Under the pieces are notes generated by a model, which saw only the letters and a list, made by a program, of their open reading frames with translations, had not been told where the DNA came from and did not search any database. Below, piece after piece: positions 28,063 through 37,523 of a stretch of DNA of 64,000 bases. Source of the DNA: a virus; IMG/VR virus record IMGVR_UViG_2974791491_000001, positions 5,026 to 69,025 of that record. One strand, 5' to 3'. Every line of letters starts with the position of its first letter. The first letter of the stretch is position 1. The position numbers and the translations under genes are program-made.

Positions 28063-28374
28063 GTGGCCGGACAGCCGACCGTAGTGTCCTCTCTCGTGAC
28101 CAGCACCACGGCGGCCAGGACGGCCGGACGGAAAGCCCAAACACTCCCCAAATACGAGATGGCTCTCGATCACAACCAAATCAGCAACCTCATGCAGGTG
28201 GCGCAAATCCCGAGCCTCAAGATGCTCGCTCAGACCGCTGGTATCCCCCGGTCTGTCCTCTCGGAATACGTCCACGGGAAACCCGGCGTATCCGCAAAGA
28301 CGGTCGGCGCTCTGGCCGGCGCTTTGCACACATATCCGGATCGAATAGCGCGCTGGTTGCACGCTACCAACTGA
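28063..28374 (+). CDS. Cro-like HTH DNA-binding protein
   Basis: ..LAQTAGIPRSVLSEYVHGKPGVSAKTVGAL.. HTH; divergent from the repressor-like gene. Confidence 0.45.
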   Translation: MAGQPTVVSSLVTSTTAARTAGRKAQTLPKYEMALDHNQISNLMQVAQIPSLKMLAQTAGIPRSVLSEYVHGKPGVSAKTVGALAGALHTYPDRIARWLHATN

Positions 28375-29098
28375 TCCCGACAACTTCATTCGCCTGAGTA
28401 GCCCACGCCAGGGGTGCGAGTCCCTTGGCAGGCACGACGGAGATGCGCCTCTAGCGCCTCCCTCATTCTTTCATTCCCTTTGAATCTGCGGTCTCCGTAG
28501 GTCTATTTGGCCTGCGCCCGTACCGGTTCGTGTTCCTTTCAGAACTTCATATGCCCGATGACGCTCCTGCCTAACGGTTTAAGAGTGCAGCCCCGTTGAC
28601 TTGTCCGGGGAGGCACCTAAAGGGGTGGGTGTCGGGAAGTGGCAGAGCCACACAACACAAAGTCTTCACCTGCTGTTTGAGACATGCCGCAAACACATAC
28701 ACAACACACTCCTGCTTCCCCGTTGGGGTGTGGTGATCTGGCGACCAACGTCCTCAGCGTCAGAGCATTAGGTCAACCCACCATACGAGTATGGGACGGC
28801 ACAGCTAGGGCTAAAGCTGTGGGGTTAGGCCGTAAACAGTCCAGGTGAGGGCCGAAGTGAAACGCAACGATACATGCGGTGGTAGTCCGATGTTTCCCTT
28901 ATGAAACGGGGATAGTCCATGTCTGCCGAGGTAGTTCCAACATTCATTTCAATTTGGGGCCGGTGAGCCTCCTTGGCCGCGTTGCAGGTTTCTACGGTTC
29001 GATCCGACTTCGGCCTGCTGGTTCCCCCTCTCCCGAAACGGGTTAGGGGTCGAACCATCCATGTAAGACCAGCTAGCACACCCTTTAGGAGACAAACA

Positions 29099-29632
29099 AT
29101 GACTGCAACCTTGACCACCCTCATTGCCCAGCTCAACGAGGAAGTTCCGCTCAACGATGAGCCGATCACCGAAGCTGAGGCCATCTCGGACGGCTTCCCC
29201 GAAACTGGCGATAAGGCCAAGCCGTTCCTGCCCGGTAGAAACGTCAGTGACGAAACGTTCATCGCTGCTTTGCGTGGAGCTGTCGCCGCCAAGCCGAACT
29301 TCGTCTACCAGCCGACCCCCGTTCTCGACCCGCAGGGGAATCCCACTACCGGGGCGCTGACCGGCGAACCGATGACCCAGTGCACCTACCTGAAAAAGGA
29401 CGGCCTGACCGGCGATTGCGGTGTGGGTGTCGCACTGCTCGCTTCCGGCGTCAACCCGGAGTGGTTGAAGCACCGCGAGGGTGCGGGGGCTTACGCACTT
29501 ATGCGGGAGCTGGGTTACTCGCACCCCACCATCCAGTTCGGCGATTCCTTCCAGAGCGACCAGGACCACGGCGTCTCGTGGGCTCAGGCCCTTGCTGACG
29601 CGGAGCACAAGCTCAGCTACGCCACCTCCTAA
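29099..29632 (+). CDS. hypothetical protein (start moved to ATG 29099 with GGAG RBS)
   Basis: Internal Met with RBS; the longer ORF from 28973 would lie inside the non-coding region. Confidence 0.4.
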   Translation: MTATLTTLIAQLNEEVPLNDEPITEAEAISDGFPETGDKAKPFLPGRNVSDETFIAALRGAVAAKPNFVYQPTPVLDPQGNPTTGALTGEPMTQCTYLKKDGLTGDCGVGVALLASGVNPEWLKHREGAGAYALMRELGYSHPTIQFGDSFQSDQDHGVSWAQALADAEHKLSYATS

Positions 29633-29673
29633 CCCCCTCTCCGACAACACACTTCTCGAAAGGCATAACCCGC

Positions 29674-30255
29674 ATGACCATCTCGTTTGAAGACGCCCTG
29701 AAAGTTGCCGCCGACTACCTCGACCAGTGGCGGGACAGCGACTCGGAGGCGTTCACCCCGGAGTGGATGAAGGCCGAAGCTAAGCGCCTGCTCAAGGAAG
29801 CTAAGGAGCGTGAGGTTCTGGACGCCATCTCCGAAATCCCGTTCGCGTCGGTCGGTCTGGCCGCTCAGGGTTGGGCTGCCATTCGTCAGCACAACCCGAA
29901 CCACGACGGTGTCGAGGAGTTCCTGGACCTTCCTCCCCGCAAGCGGTTGGAGTACTACCGGTTCGCCCATGCGGTGATCGAGGGTTACCGGATCGTGGGT
30001 GAGGAGTACGCCCAGGCGTTGAATGAGCGTTACAGCATTTCGGCTCTGCCGATGGAGGCTCGTGTGTTCTCGCGCGGCGAGCACATTCCGGCAGACGTGG
30101 CCGAGGTCACCAGTGCGGACGGCCACCGGTATGTGCGGACCCCTGCGGGCCTTTGGCTCTCGGATGTGCTGCGAGAGCACAAGGATGATCCGGCTTACGG
30201 CTTCCCCGCCGAGATGTTCTGGCGGTCTGAGTTCCCGCTGACCGAGGTCATCTGA
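29674..30255 (+). CDS. hypothetical protein
   Basis: 193 aa ORF, good GC3 bias. Confidence 0.4.
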   Translation: MTISFEDALKVAADYLDQWRDSDSEAFTPEWMKAEAKRLLKEAKEREVLDAISEIPFASVGLAAQGWAAIRQHNPNHDGVEEFLDLPPRKRLEYYRFAHAVIEGYRIVGEEYAQALNERYSISALPMEARVFSRGEHIPADVAEVTSADGHRYVRTPAGLWLSDVLREHKDDPAYGFPAEMFWRSEFPLTEVI

Positions 30256-30471
30256 TGCACGGGCGGCGTACACCACCGTTCGGTCACTACTACTTCGTTC
30301 CCCTAACCCGTAAGCGCCACCGGATCTACGTGTGGCGACAAGGCCGTAGGGCCGGAATCTCCTGGGAGCCAATGTGATGAGCGATGCAATCCGTGACGTG
30401 ATCGGCTGCGTGTGCGCCGTCCTGCTCTCCACACTCTTTTTCTACGTGCTGCTAACAGGAGGTTACTAACC

Positions 30472-30741
30472 ATGTCGGCACCCAAAGAGCACCCCCTTGT
30501 CGAGCTGGTCGGTTCCTGCCTGGCGGACCCGACCGAGGGCAATGTCCTCATCGCCAAGTTCCTCGAAACCCACGAGGTCATGCCCAAGGCCGAGTTGAAC
30601 AGCATGCTTGTTGCGGTCGCTAACCGTAACGCTGCTTACGAGTCCGAGAACCGAGTGCTGCGGGAGATGACGAACCTGCCAGACCTCGACGCCATCGACC
30701 ACCTCAACGACATGTACTACGCCACGGAGGACGATCTGTGA
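30472..30741 (+). CDS. hypothetical protein (start at ATG 30472, GGAGG upstream)
   Basis: RBS-supported internal start. Confidence 0.35.
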   Translation: MSAPKEHPLVELVGSCLADPTEGNVLIAKFLETHEVMPKAELNSMLVAVANRNAAYESENRVLREMTNLPDLDAIDHLNDMYYATEDDL

Positions 30742-31031
30742 GCGCTGTCGGCAAAGTGGCCGGCCGCGTGTATCGGATCACTAACCGTGTCATTGACCGG
30801 ATGCTTGACGAGCTGATCGACCCGGAGGACGTTAAGGCTGCGCTTGCGGCTGACCCCCAGTTCATTTCGGGTGATCGCTTCATGTTCCACGGGCCGACGA
30901 TTACGGCTGTGGGCGTGGATTCTGGTGAGGGTTTCAAGGTGATCGCTTTGTGCCGCACCATGTCGGAGCTGGTCAATTGGGGGTTCAATCCATTTGAGAG
31001 TTCGGAGACACAATGCCTGCAAGCCGCGTAG
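30738..31031 (+). CDS. hypothetical protein
   Basis: Overlapping start/stop with neighbours. Confidence 0.35.
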   Translation: MSAVGKVAGRVYRITNRVIDRMLDELIDPEDVKAALAADPQFISGDRFMFHGPTITAVGVDSGEGFKVIALCRTMSELVNWGFNPFESSETQCLQAA

Positions 31032-31363
31032 AGGACAAGGCCGATTGGGAGGACCGTAATTGGAACTTCCTGGTCGCGGAGAACGCGGAGCTTAAGGACG
31101 AGAATCGCCGTCTGCGTGAGCAGTTGGATGATCCGATCTATTCAATCTTCGAGGTTGCCAAGGTCTTGGAGGACGGCGGCTACCACAATCCTCACGAGAA
31201 CACGTGGGACACCATCGAGTTCTGGGCGCTGCTGCATCCGGATTGGTGGGACAGCAGTTTGATGAACGAGGAGGGCCGTCGTCATGCCCGCTTGACTCGT
31301 AACGGGATCATGTTCACCGAGTTGGGTATTGAGGCCGCTAAGGCTCAATACCTGGACGAGTAG
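31013..31363 (+). CDS. hypothetical protein
   Basis: 116 aa ORF. Confidence 0.35.
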   Translation: MPASRVEDKADWEDRNWNFLVAENAELKDENRRLREQLDDPIYSIFEVAKVLEDGGYHNPHENTWDTIEFWALLHPDWWDSSLMNEEGRRHARLTRNGIMFTELGIEAAKAQYLDE

Positions 31364-31572
31364 TGGGCTGGTGGTTTAGACGTCCTAAGCCTGACGAGCT
31401 TGGACGTTGCGCCCACGTCACATGCACGCCTTGGCAGTTGCTAGAGCAAGTGAGTCTCTACAACAGCTCTTACCAAAAGTCTGGCCGGCCTATCGGCTAC
31501 ATGTTCATCCAGAAACGAAGCTGCCTTATGTGTGGCTTCACGGAACTATCTGAGAAGGAAGTACTTTTCTAA
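31363..31572 (+). CDS. hypothetical Cys-containing small protein
   Basis: 69 aa, CAHVTCTPW..CLMCGF. Confidence 0.3.
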   Translation: MGWWFRRPKPDELGRCAHVTCTPWQLLEQVSLYNSSYQKSGRPIGYMFIQKRSCLMCGFTELSEKEVLF

Positions 31573-32450
31573 TGGGTCTGCTCATTGCAGCAATCGTCCT
31601 GTCACTGGTGGTCGCACTGCCGGTGTCGCTCATGCTCCTCGTCAAGAGCCGCTATGACGGTGTCGAGGTCGGTAAGCCTGTCCGCTACGGCGGCGCTCTA
31701 CTGGTCTGGCTGATCGCGCTCTCCCCTGTCATCTTCGGTTCGGTCACCACCGTCTCCACCAAGAACATCGGTGTCGTGACCGCCTTCAATCGTCCGACCG
31801 GCGAGAACCTGTCCAACGGCCTGCACTTCAAGGCCCCGTGGGAGAAGGTCCACGAGATGGACGGCGCTATCCAGATCCAGACCAAGGACGGCGAGCATTC
31901 CACCCAGGTCCGGTTGGGCAACAACTCGATGGCGAACGTCGACTACACGGTGCAGTGGCGAATCAAGCCGGATGCCGCGTCGGCGCTCTACCTGGATTAC
32001 CGCTCGTTCGACTCGGTTAAGGAAAACCTGGTCACCAAGCAGTTCAACAACTCGCTGTCCGACGTGATGAGCCAGTACAACCCGCTGGCCGCACTGGAAG
32101 AGCAGCAGGCCGACACCAACGAGGCTCTGGCTAAGCGTGTTCTGGATCTGATGCGTGAACGTGTCGGCAACCGTATCGAGGTCATGTCGGTGATGCTGCC
32201 GGTCATCCATTTCGACCCGGACACCCAGGGCAAGATCAACCAGTTCAATGCGGAGCTGGCGAACACCAAGGTTGCGTTGCAGAAGCAGGCCACCGCTTCG
32301 GCTGAGGCTAAGGCGAACGAGAACCTTAAGTCGTCGGTTACCGACCCCAACGTTCTGGTCTCGAAGTGCCTGGATATCGCGGCGCAGAACAAGACGTCTC
32401 CTGCTGGTTGCTGGCCGGGTAGCAGCACTCACATCACTGGCGTCAAGTAG
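31572..32450 (+). CDS. SPFH/band-7 (stomatin-prohibitin-like) membrane protein
   Basis: N-terminal TM helix, second TM, then ..GVVTAFNRPTGENLSNGLHFKAPWEKVHEMDGAIQIQTKDGEH.. typical SPFH core; coiled-coil C-terminus. Confidence 0.5.
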   Translation: MGLLIAAIVLSLVVALPVSLMLLVKSRYDGVEVGKPVRYGGALLVWLIALSPVIFGSVTTVSTKNIGVVTAFNRPTGENLSNGLHFKAPWEKVHEMDGAIQIQTKDGEHSTQVRLGNNSMANVDYTVQWRIKPDAASALYLDYRSFDSVKENLVTKQFNNSLSDVMSQYNPLAALEEQQADTNEALAKRVLDLMRERVGNRIEVMSVMLPVIHFDPDTQGKINQFNAELANTKVALQKQATASAEAKANENLKSSVTDPNVLVSKCLDIAAQNKTSPAGCWPGSSTHITGVK

Positions 32451-32471
32451 CGCCGGAAGGGATCAAATCAA

Positions 32472-32942
32472 ATGAGCTTGCTGTATGCGCAGAAAGATGT
32501 TGCCCAGTTCATGCGGACTGCGGGGCAGGTGGTTCGGGAGTCTCCGACAGTCCCGGAGTGGTCGGAGGGCCAGCGTGGGCCGGTACGGCTGATCGCTAAG
32601 CAGCTTCGGTACGTGTCGGATCAAGCTGAGGCTGCGGCCGAGGTTATGCCGACTGAACAGTCGTTGCGGGTTCGGCTTCTGGTTGAGGAGTTGGCCGAGC
32701 TGGTCGAGGCGATCGTTACTGACGACCTCGTTGGTATCGCGGATGGCACCACGGATCTGTCGGTGGTGAACATCGGCACCATGTGCACGTTCGGTCTCCC
32801 GGCTGGCCCTTTGTGGGATGAGGTTCACGCCTCGAATATGTCCAAGTTTGTGGACGGTAAGGCTCTTAAGGATTCGTCGGGCAAGGTGATTAAGGGTCCG
32901 GGTTATTTCAAGGCGGATTGCGCGGCGGTGATGCACTCGTGA
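32472..32942 (+). CDS. MazG-like nucleotide pyrophosphohydrolase
   Basis: ..RVRLLVEELAELVEAIVTDDLVGIADGTTDL.. all-alpha EExxE MazG-like motif; 156 aa. Confidence 0.45.
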   Translation: MSLLYAQKDVAQFMRTAGQVVRESPTVPEWSEGQRGPVRLIAKQLRYVSDQAEAAAEVMPTEQSLRVRLLVEELAELVEAIVTDDLVGIADGTTDLSVVNIGTMCTFGLPAGPLWDEVHASNMSKFVDGKALKDSSGKVIKGPGYFKADCAAVMHS

Positions 32943-33193
32943 AGTTCATACAGATCAAGGACCGGGTTTTCAGGCCGAAGGACGACAACGGGCGTCGGAC
33001 GATCTGCTACGTCAAATGGTCGGACAAGGGCGAGTTTACCCTTGTTGGCTTCCGGACTCAGCAGGCTCGCCCAGGGCGGGTTTCTGAACCTGACGGCACC
33101 GAGGCGAACATGACGGAGTTTCCGTTGGATCGCCGCGAGGTCCGCAAGCTCATTAAGGCGCTCAAGCGCTCACTCAAGGAGAACGAGGAATGA
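32918..33193 (+). CDS. hypothetical protein
   Basis: 91 aa basic protein. Confidence 0.3.
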   Translation: MRGGDALVKFIQIKDRVFRPKDDNGRRTICYVKWSDKGEFTLVGFRTQQARPGRVSEPDGTEANMTEFPLDRREVRKLIKALKRSLKENEE

Positions 33194-33645
33194 AGCGTCT
33201 CGTAGCGGCCGTACTGGTTGCGGCAGTGGCCGGCCTGGGTGTCACCGGCTGCAACAGTTCCGCCCCTGCCGAGCAGGACGTGAGCGCTGTCTGTATCGAC
33301 CAGCACACCAACATGCGCCTGGACGATGACGAGTGTGAGGACGATGACGGGGTGTCGGGCTGGTGGTATTTCGCCGCTGGCGCTGCGATCCCGGCTGTCG
33401 GTCATCACGTTGCGAAGTCGTCGGGTTCGTACAAGAAGCCGCCGCGCGCTCATGTCCGCAAGCAGCCTCGGATGGGTGTGGCTAAGCCGAGCCTGGTGAA
33501 GCCGTCCAAGCCGTCGGCGTCCAAGCCTCGTACGTCGGTGTCCAAGCCGACTCAGACGACCCGGAAGCGATCGTGGCTGGGGTCGAGCAGTTCCGGGTCC
33601 AAGTCCAAGTCTTCGTCACGGTCGGGAGGTTCCCGTGGGCGTTGA
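33190..33645 (+). CDS. secreted lipoprotein with Lys/Ser/Pro-rich tail
   Basis: Signal peptide plus lipobox ..GLGVTGCNSS; C-terminal KPSKPSASKPR..SKSKSSSRSGG low-complexity region. Confidence 0.45.
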   Translation: MKRLVAAVLVAAVAGLGVTGCNSSAPAEQDVSAVCIDQHTNMRLDDDECEDDDGVSGWWYFAAGAAIPAVGHHVAKSSGSYKKPPRAHVRKQPRMGVAKPSLVKPSKPSASKPRTSVSKPTQTTRKRSWLGSSSSGSKSKSSSRSGGSRGR

Positions 33646-33955
33646 AGTCAAAATGCCAGATCCACCGAGGGGCCACTTTTGGAAGGTCGAGAGGTCTGAC
33701 CTTTCGAGTACCTGGTTCTCGGTGTCGTTGCGCAAGCGTGGCTGGTTTTTCAGTAGCTACGTCAACTCGCAAATCTCGGAAGCGTCTGCCGATCCTGAGC
33801 GCAACGCACGGCGGATCGCTAGTACGGCCGACCAGATTCTCCGCGAGTTCCGCGAGGAGCAATCCCGCGCCGACAGGTTCGACGTAAACGGGCTGACGGG
33901 CGCAACCGTTGGCCGAGGAATCAAGCAGTCAGGGGGTTTCACCTCTGACCAGTAG
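33635..33955 (+). CDS. hypothetical protein
   Basis: 106 aa. Confidence 0.3.
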   Translation: MGVEVKMPDPPRGHFWKVERSDLSSTWFSVSLRKRGWFFSSYVNSQISEASADPERNARRIASTADQILREFREEQSRADRFDVNGLTGATVGRGIKQSGGFTSDQ

Positions 33956-34016
33956 CCAGGGAGGTCCCTAACTGACCGATTACGCGATCAAACGTAACTA
34001 CTACGACCAGCCGTGG

Positions 34017-34952
34017 GTGATGCCGCCAGGCCCCAACGGTGAACCACAAACCCTCACGGGTGAGTGGCGGGAAGGCCGCAAGGGGCCAAAGAAGGCCAAG
34101 TGGTGGTATTCGCCGGACGCTACGGCCTACTCCCGAATGTCGTCCATTGCCAAGGCTTTGGACACCAAGGAGAACTTGGTTGATTGGGCGGCATGCCAGG
34201 CGGCTGTCGGGGTGATGCTTGATCCGGCCGCACGGTCGGAGGTTGTCACCCTCATCAACGAATACGACGCCGATCCGTGGAACAACGGTGACGATGAGTC
34301 GCCGAAGAACGGTAAGGCCCGGTTGAAGGAAGCGGTTGAGCAGGCTCGTGCTACGGCCGGCTCCCATGTCGCTTCCGCTAAGGGCACCGAGTTCCACAAG
34401 CTTGGTGAGCTGCACAATCAGGGCAAGTCGCCGCGCATTGTGCAGGATCATTTGAAGCCTCTCTTTGAACACTACAAGGAGGCTGTTGCTCCGTTGGAGT
34501 TCATCCAGCAGGAGTTGTTCGTCGCTAACGATGAGTTGCAGAAGGCCGGATCTGTTGACTACATGATCCGTATGCCTAAGGGACTTGTGGTTAAGGTGCC
34601 GTGGGTTAAGGGTCCGATTGATTTGTCTGATCGGGTCCTGATTGGTGACCTTAAGACCGGTAAGTGGGATGCGATGTATCCCATGTCTGTGACTACACAG
34701 ATTGCTGGTTATGCGACGGCCAAGAAGTATGACCAGGAGACGGGTGTGCGTGAGGATTTGCACCCGGATTTGTATGACGGTTTGGGCTTGTTGGTGCATT
34801 TCCCGATTGGCCGGCCGGATGCTCGGGTCAAGTTCTATTTGCTGGATACGCGACTTGGTTTGCGTGCAGCGAAGGTTGCTCAGGATATTGAGGAACTGCG
34901 TAAAGAGTTCAAACGAACTGGCGCTAAGCCTAAGGAAGTGGTGTTTAAGTGA
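34017..34952 (+). CDS. RecB-family (PD-(D/E)xK, Cas4-like) exonuclease; start uncertain
   Basis: ..VLIGDLKTGKWD.. D-x-K-T-G nuclease motif III-like, upstream acidic motifs. A CTG at ~33969 with GGGAGG RBS is an alternative start. Confidence 0.5.
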   Translation: MMPPGPNGEPQTLTGEWREGRKGPKKAKWWYSPDATAYSRMSSIAKALDTKENLVDWAACQAAVGVMLDPAARSEVVTLINEYDADPWNNGDDESPKNGKARLKEAVEQARATAGSHVASAKGTEFHKLGELHNQGKSPRIVQDHLKPLFEHYKEAVAPLEFIQQELFVANDELQKAGSVDYMIRMPKGLVVKVPWVKGPIDLSDRVLIGDLKTGKWDAMYPMSVTTQIAGYATAKKYDQETGVREDLHPDLYDGLGLLVHFPIGRPDARVKFYLLDTRLGLRAAKVAQDIEELRKEFKRTGAKPKEVVFK

Positions 34953-35485
34953 GTGTCGTCAAGTTTTATCAGGAAGATAGCGGCCGGATTGTCGGCCAGG
35001 TCGGCGACTTCGTCGAGTCGGCAGAGTTCGATCCCGAGCTGGGTTTCCGTTCGTTCGAGGACGACCACGATGGGGTTCCGGAGGATGCGCGTCTCCTGAT
35101 CGCTCTCCCGGAGACTCGTGAGGCCGGCGTCAACTGGGAGGGCCTGGATCGGGTGACCACCGACGGTCATCCGTGGGTGCTAGAAGACAGCGACACCATC
35201 GAGAGCCTGACTCGGGACGCGGACTACCAGGCTAAGAAGCTGGCGGCGCACCTGCACTTCCGGGATCTGCTCATCGCCCGTGAAGCGGAGGCTGCGAAGG
35301 CCAAGGCCGAGGCTGAGGCCGAGAAGGCGGCTGCCGAGGAAGCCCGACTGGAAGAGCTGGCCGACGTCTACGTCGCGGCCCGCGAGCGCGTTGCCAAGGC
35401 GAAGGGTTTCAGTTTCTACGCCGGAGACCGCGCCAACATGAAGGCCGGTATTGCGGCCATTATCGAAGCAGTGGAGGCTAAGTGA
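34949..35485 (+). CDS. hypothetical protein with Ala/Glu coiled-coil
   Basis: 178 aa. Confidence 0.35.
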   Translation: MSVVKFYQEDSGRIVGQVGDFVESAEFDPELGFRSFEDDHDGVPEDARLLIALPETREAGVNWEGLDRVTTDGHPWVLEDSDTIESLTRDADYQAKKLAAHLHFRDLLIAREAEAAKAKAEAEAEKAAAEEARLEELADVYVAARERVAKAKGFSFYAGDRANMKAGIAAIIEAVEAK

Positions 35486-36150
35486 CAGATGTTCAATCAC
35501 GGCTGAGGGCCGTGCAGGGTGCTCTCAAGGCACCTAAGGGGCAGTACAACTCGTTCGCCAAGTATCACTATCGGTCGGCGGAAGACATTCTTGAAGCCGC
35601 AAAGCCTCTGTGTGTCGAGCATGGCCTTGTGTTGACGGTGTCGGATGAGGTTCGCCTGCTGGCCGATGATGGCGCTGCCCGCTTCTATGTGGTGGCGACC
35701 GCGAAGGTGACTGCCGATGATGGCAGCTTCATCCAGGCTACTGGCTTTGCTCGTGAGGGTGACGACAAGAAGGGCATGGACCCGGCGCAGTTGACCGGTG
35801 CCACGTCTTCGTATGCCCGCAAGTACGCGCTCAACGGCCTGTTCGCTATCGACGACTCCAAGGATGCCGATACTGACGAGCACGCCACCCAGACCGGGCA
35901 GGAGCCCAAGGGCGGTAAGTCCTCGGGCGGGGCGAAGCGGCCGGCCGCGAACAAGTCGACGGCGGCTAAGCCTGACGCGAAGCTGACCGGCTTGAGGGCT
36001 AAGGCCAAGAAGGCGCTCTCCGAAAACGAGGTGCCGGTCGATGAGTTTCGCAAGCATCTTGCAACTCTTTCGCCGCTTTGGGCTGGTGTAGACGAAGTTG
36101 ATGATCCGGCCGCGCTGGAAGGGATCATTGAGTGGGCCAACCAGAAGTAG
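35482..36150 (+). CDS. ERF-family single-strand annealing protein
   Basis: ..QYNSFAKYHYRSAEDILEAAKPLCVEHGL.. resembles the ERF N-terminal core; low-complexity basic C-terminus. Confidence 0.5.
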   Translation: MTDVQSRLRAVQGALKAPKGQYNSFAKYHYRSAEDILEAAKPLCVEHGLVLTVSDEVRLLADDGAARFYVVATAKVTADDGSFIQATGFAREGDDKKGMDPAQLTGATSSYARKYALNGLFAIDDSKDADTDEHATQTGQEPKGGKSSGGAKRPAANKSTAAKPDAKLTGLRAKAKKALSENEVPVDEFRKHLATLSPLWAGVDEVDDPAALEGIIEWANQK

Positions 36151-36152
36151 GC

Positions 36153-36464
36153 ATGTCGTTGCTGCCTGCCCGTGATTGGATTCGCCACGATATGCCTTCC
36201 CTTCCGGAGGGTTATACGTGGCGGATTGACTACATACGGGAGAAGCGTGAGGCGCTGATTCGGTTGACGACTCGCATTGGGGCTGGCTCGGCTATCGGGG
36301 TGTCCCTTGGTGAGGGTCGGGTGCCTGTTGGTGCGAACACTCCGAACTTGGTTGCGGCTGCTTGCGTCGAGGTTGGTAGGGAGATTTTGGCTGCGGTGTC
36401 GCCGCTGGAATTGAGCCTGCCGACCTTGCACGGGTACTCCCCCGGCTTGGGTATGGCTACGTGA
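36153..36464 (+). CDS. hypothetical protein
   Basis: ORF; start chosen after upstream stop. Confidence 0.3.
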   Translation: MSLLPARDWIRHDMPSLPEGYTWRIDYIREKREALIRLTTRIGAGSAIGVSLGEGRVPVGANTPNLVAAACVEVGREILAAVSPLELSLPTLHGYSPGLGMAT

Positions 36465-36844
36465 GTTTGGATGCGTCCGAATGGGCGCAACTGGCGCGGC
36501 GCTTGTGGGTTCTGTCTAAGGAACTTCATGCTGAGCCTTTGGTGTTTGAGCGTTACCCGTATGCGGTTTTTCGTGATCGGAAGAAAAAGTATGACCGTGT
36601 GCGGGCTAAGGCTTTGCTTAGGGCTCCTGTCCGTGACCCTAATGATGAGTCGCGGAAGATGAATGCTGATGATCGTGACGCTTGGGTTGAGTCTCAGCCT
36701 GAGGTTATGGCGGCGTTCGAGGAGTACATGGTGGCTGAGGTCGCTTACGAGTATTTCAAAGAGACGGTGTGGAATCGGAAGTTGGAGACTGAGATTCTTC
36801 GGACACTGTCTGCGGATAAGAGAGCGGAGATGAATGTCACGTGA
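36461..36844 (+). CDS. hypothetical protein
   Basis: 127 aa. Confidence 0.3.
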   Translation: MSLDASEWAQLARRLWVLSKELHAEPLVFERYPYAVFRDRKKKYDRVRAKALLRAPVRDPNDESRKMNADDRDAWVESQPEVMAAFEEYMVAEVAYEYFKETVWNRKLETEILRTLSADKRAEMNVT

Positions 36845-37236
36845 GTGACCTTGCATTGAGCCTGTTGAGTGAAAGCTTGATCGGCAGGCGAGTTACGTCG
36901 GCAACCAATAGCAACCTGACGTTGGATGACGGCACGGTGATCGAGCTGTTCGAGTCCGCGTCGGATTGTTGCGCGCATGCTTCGGGCACGTGGGCTTTGG
37001 CTGACGCTGCGGATCTGGATGCTGCGATCACTGGCGTGGTTCTCACGTCGGAGGAGCAGGGCGATTACGACCCGTATACGACGGGTGAGCTTCGGATCAT
37101 GCACAACCAGAATCCGATTGCGCTCGGTGACCTGTATGCGAGTGCCGGTAATGGCGGCTACTACTACTCGGTGCTGTCGGTGAAGGTGCATCTGCCGAAC
37201 GGCGGATCGGTGCAGACGGAGTTGATTTCGTCATGA
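36841..37236 (+). CDS. hypothetical protein
   Basis: 131 aa. Confidence 0.3.
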   Translation: MSDLALSLLSESLIGRRVTSATNSNLTLDDGTVIELFESASDCCAHASGTWALADAADLDAAITGVVLTSEEQGDYDPYTTGELRIMHNQNPIALGDLYASAGNGGYYYSVLSVKVHLPNGGSVQTELISS

Positions 37237-37523
37237 GCTACCAAGAGGACATGCTGGCATGGGCCGTCCATAAGGCTGAGCAGGCCGGCCAGTGGCCTGA
37301 GGATGCGGAAGGGATCACTGCTGAGACCGAGCAGGAGACACGCAGTGATGGCTACTGCGACACCTGCTACTACGAATACGAAGTAACGGTCGTCCGGATC
37401 AACTACCGGATCGGTAAGGGCCGCGTTCGATCCCTCACGGTCGACTTGGGCTCCATGTCGACCTCGGACGTCATCCAGGACGTGCTTGAGTTCTGCGACG
37501 AACTGCGGGCCGCTGGCAAGTGA
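37233..37523 (+). CDS. hypothetical Cys-containing protein
   Basis: 96 aa, CDTCYYEYE. Confidence 0.3.
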   Translation: MSYQEDMLAWAVHKAEQAGQWPEDAEGITAETEQETRSDGYCDTCYYEYEVTVVRINYRIGKGRVRSLTVDLGSMSTSDVIQDVLEFCDELRAAGK

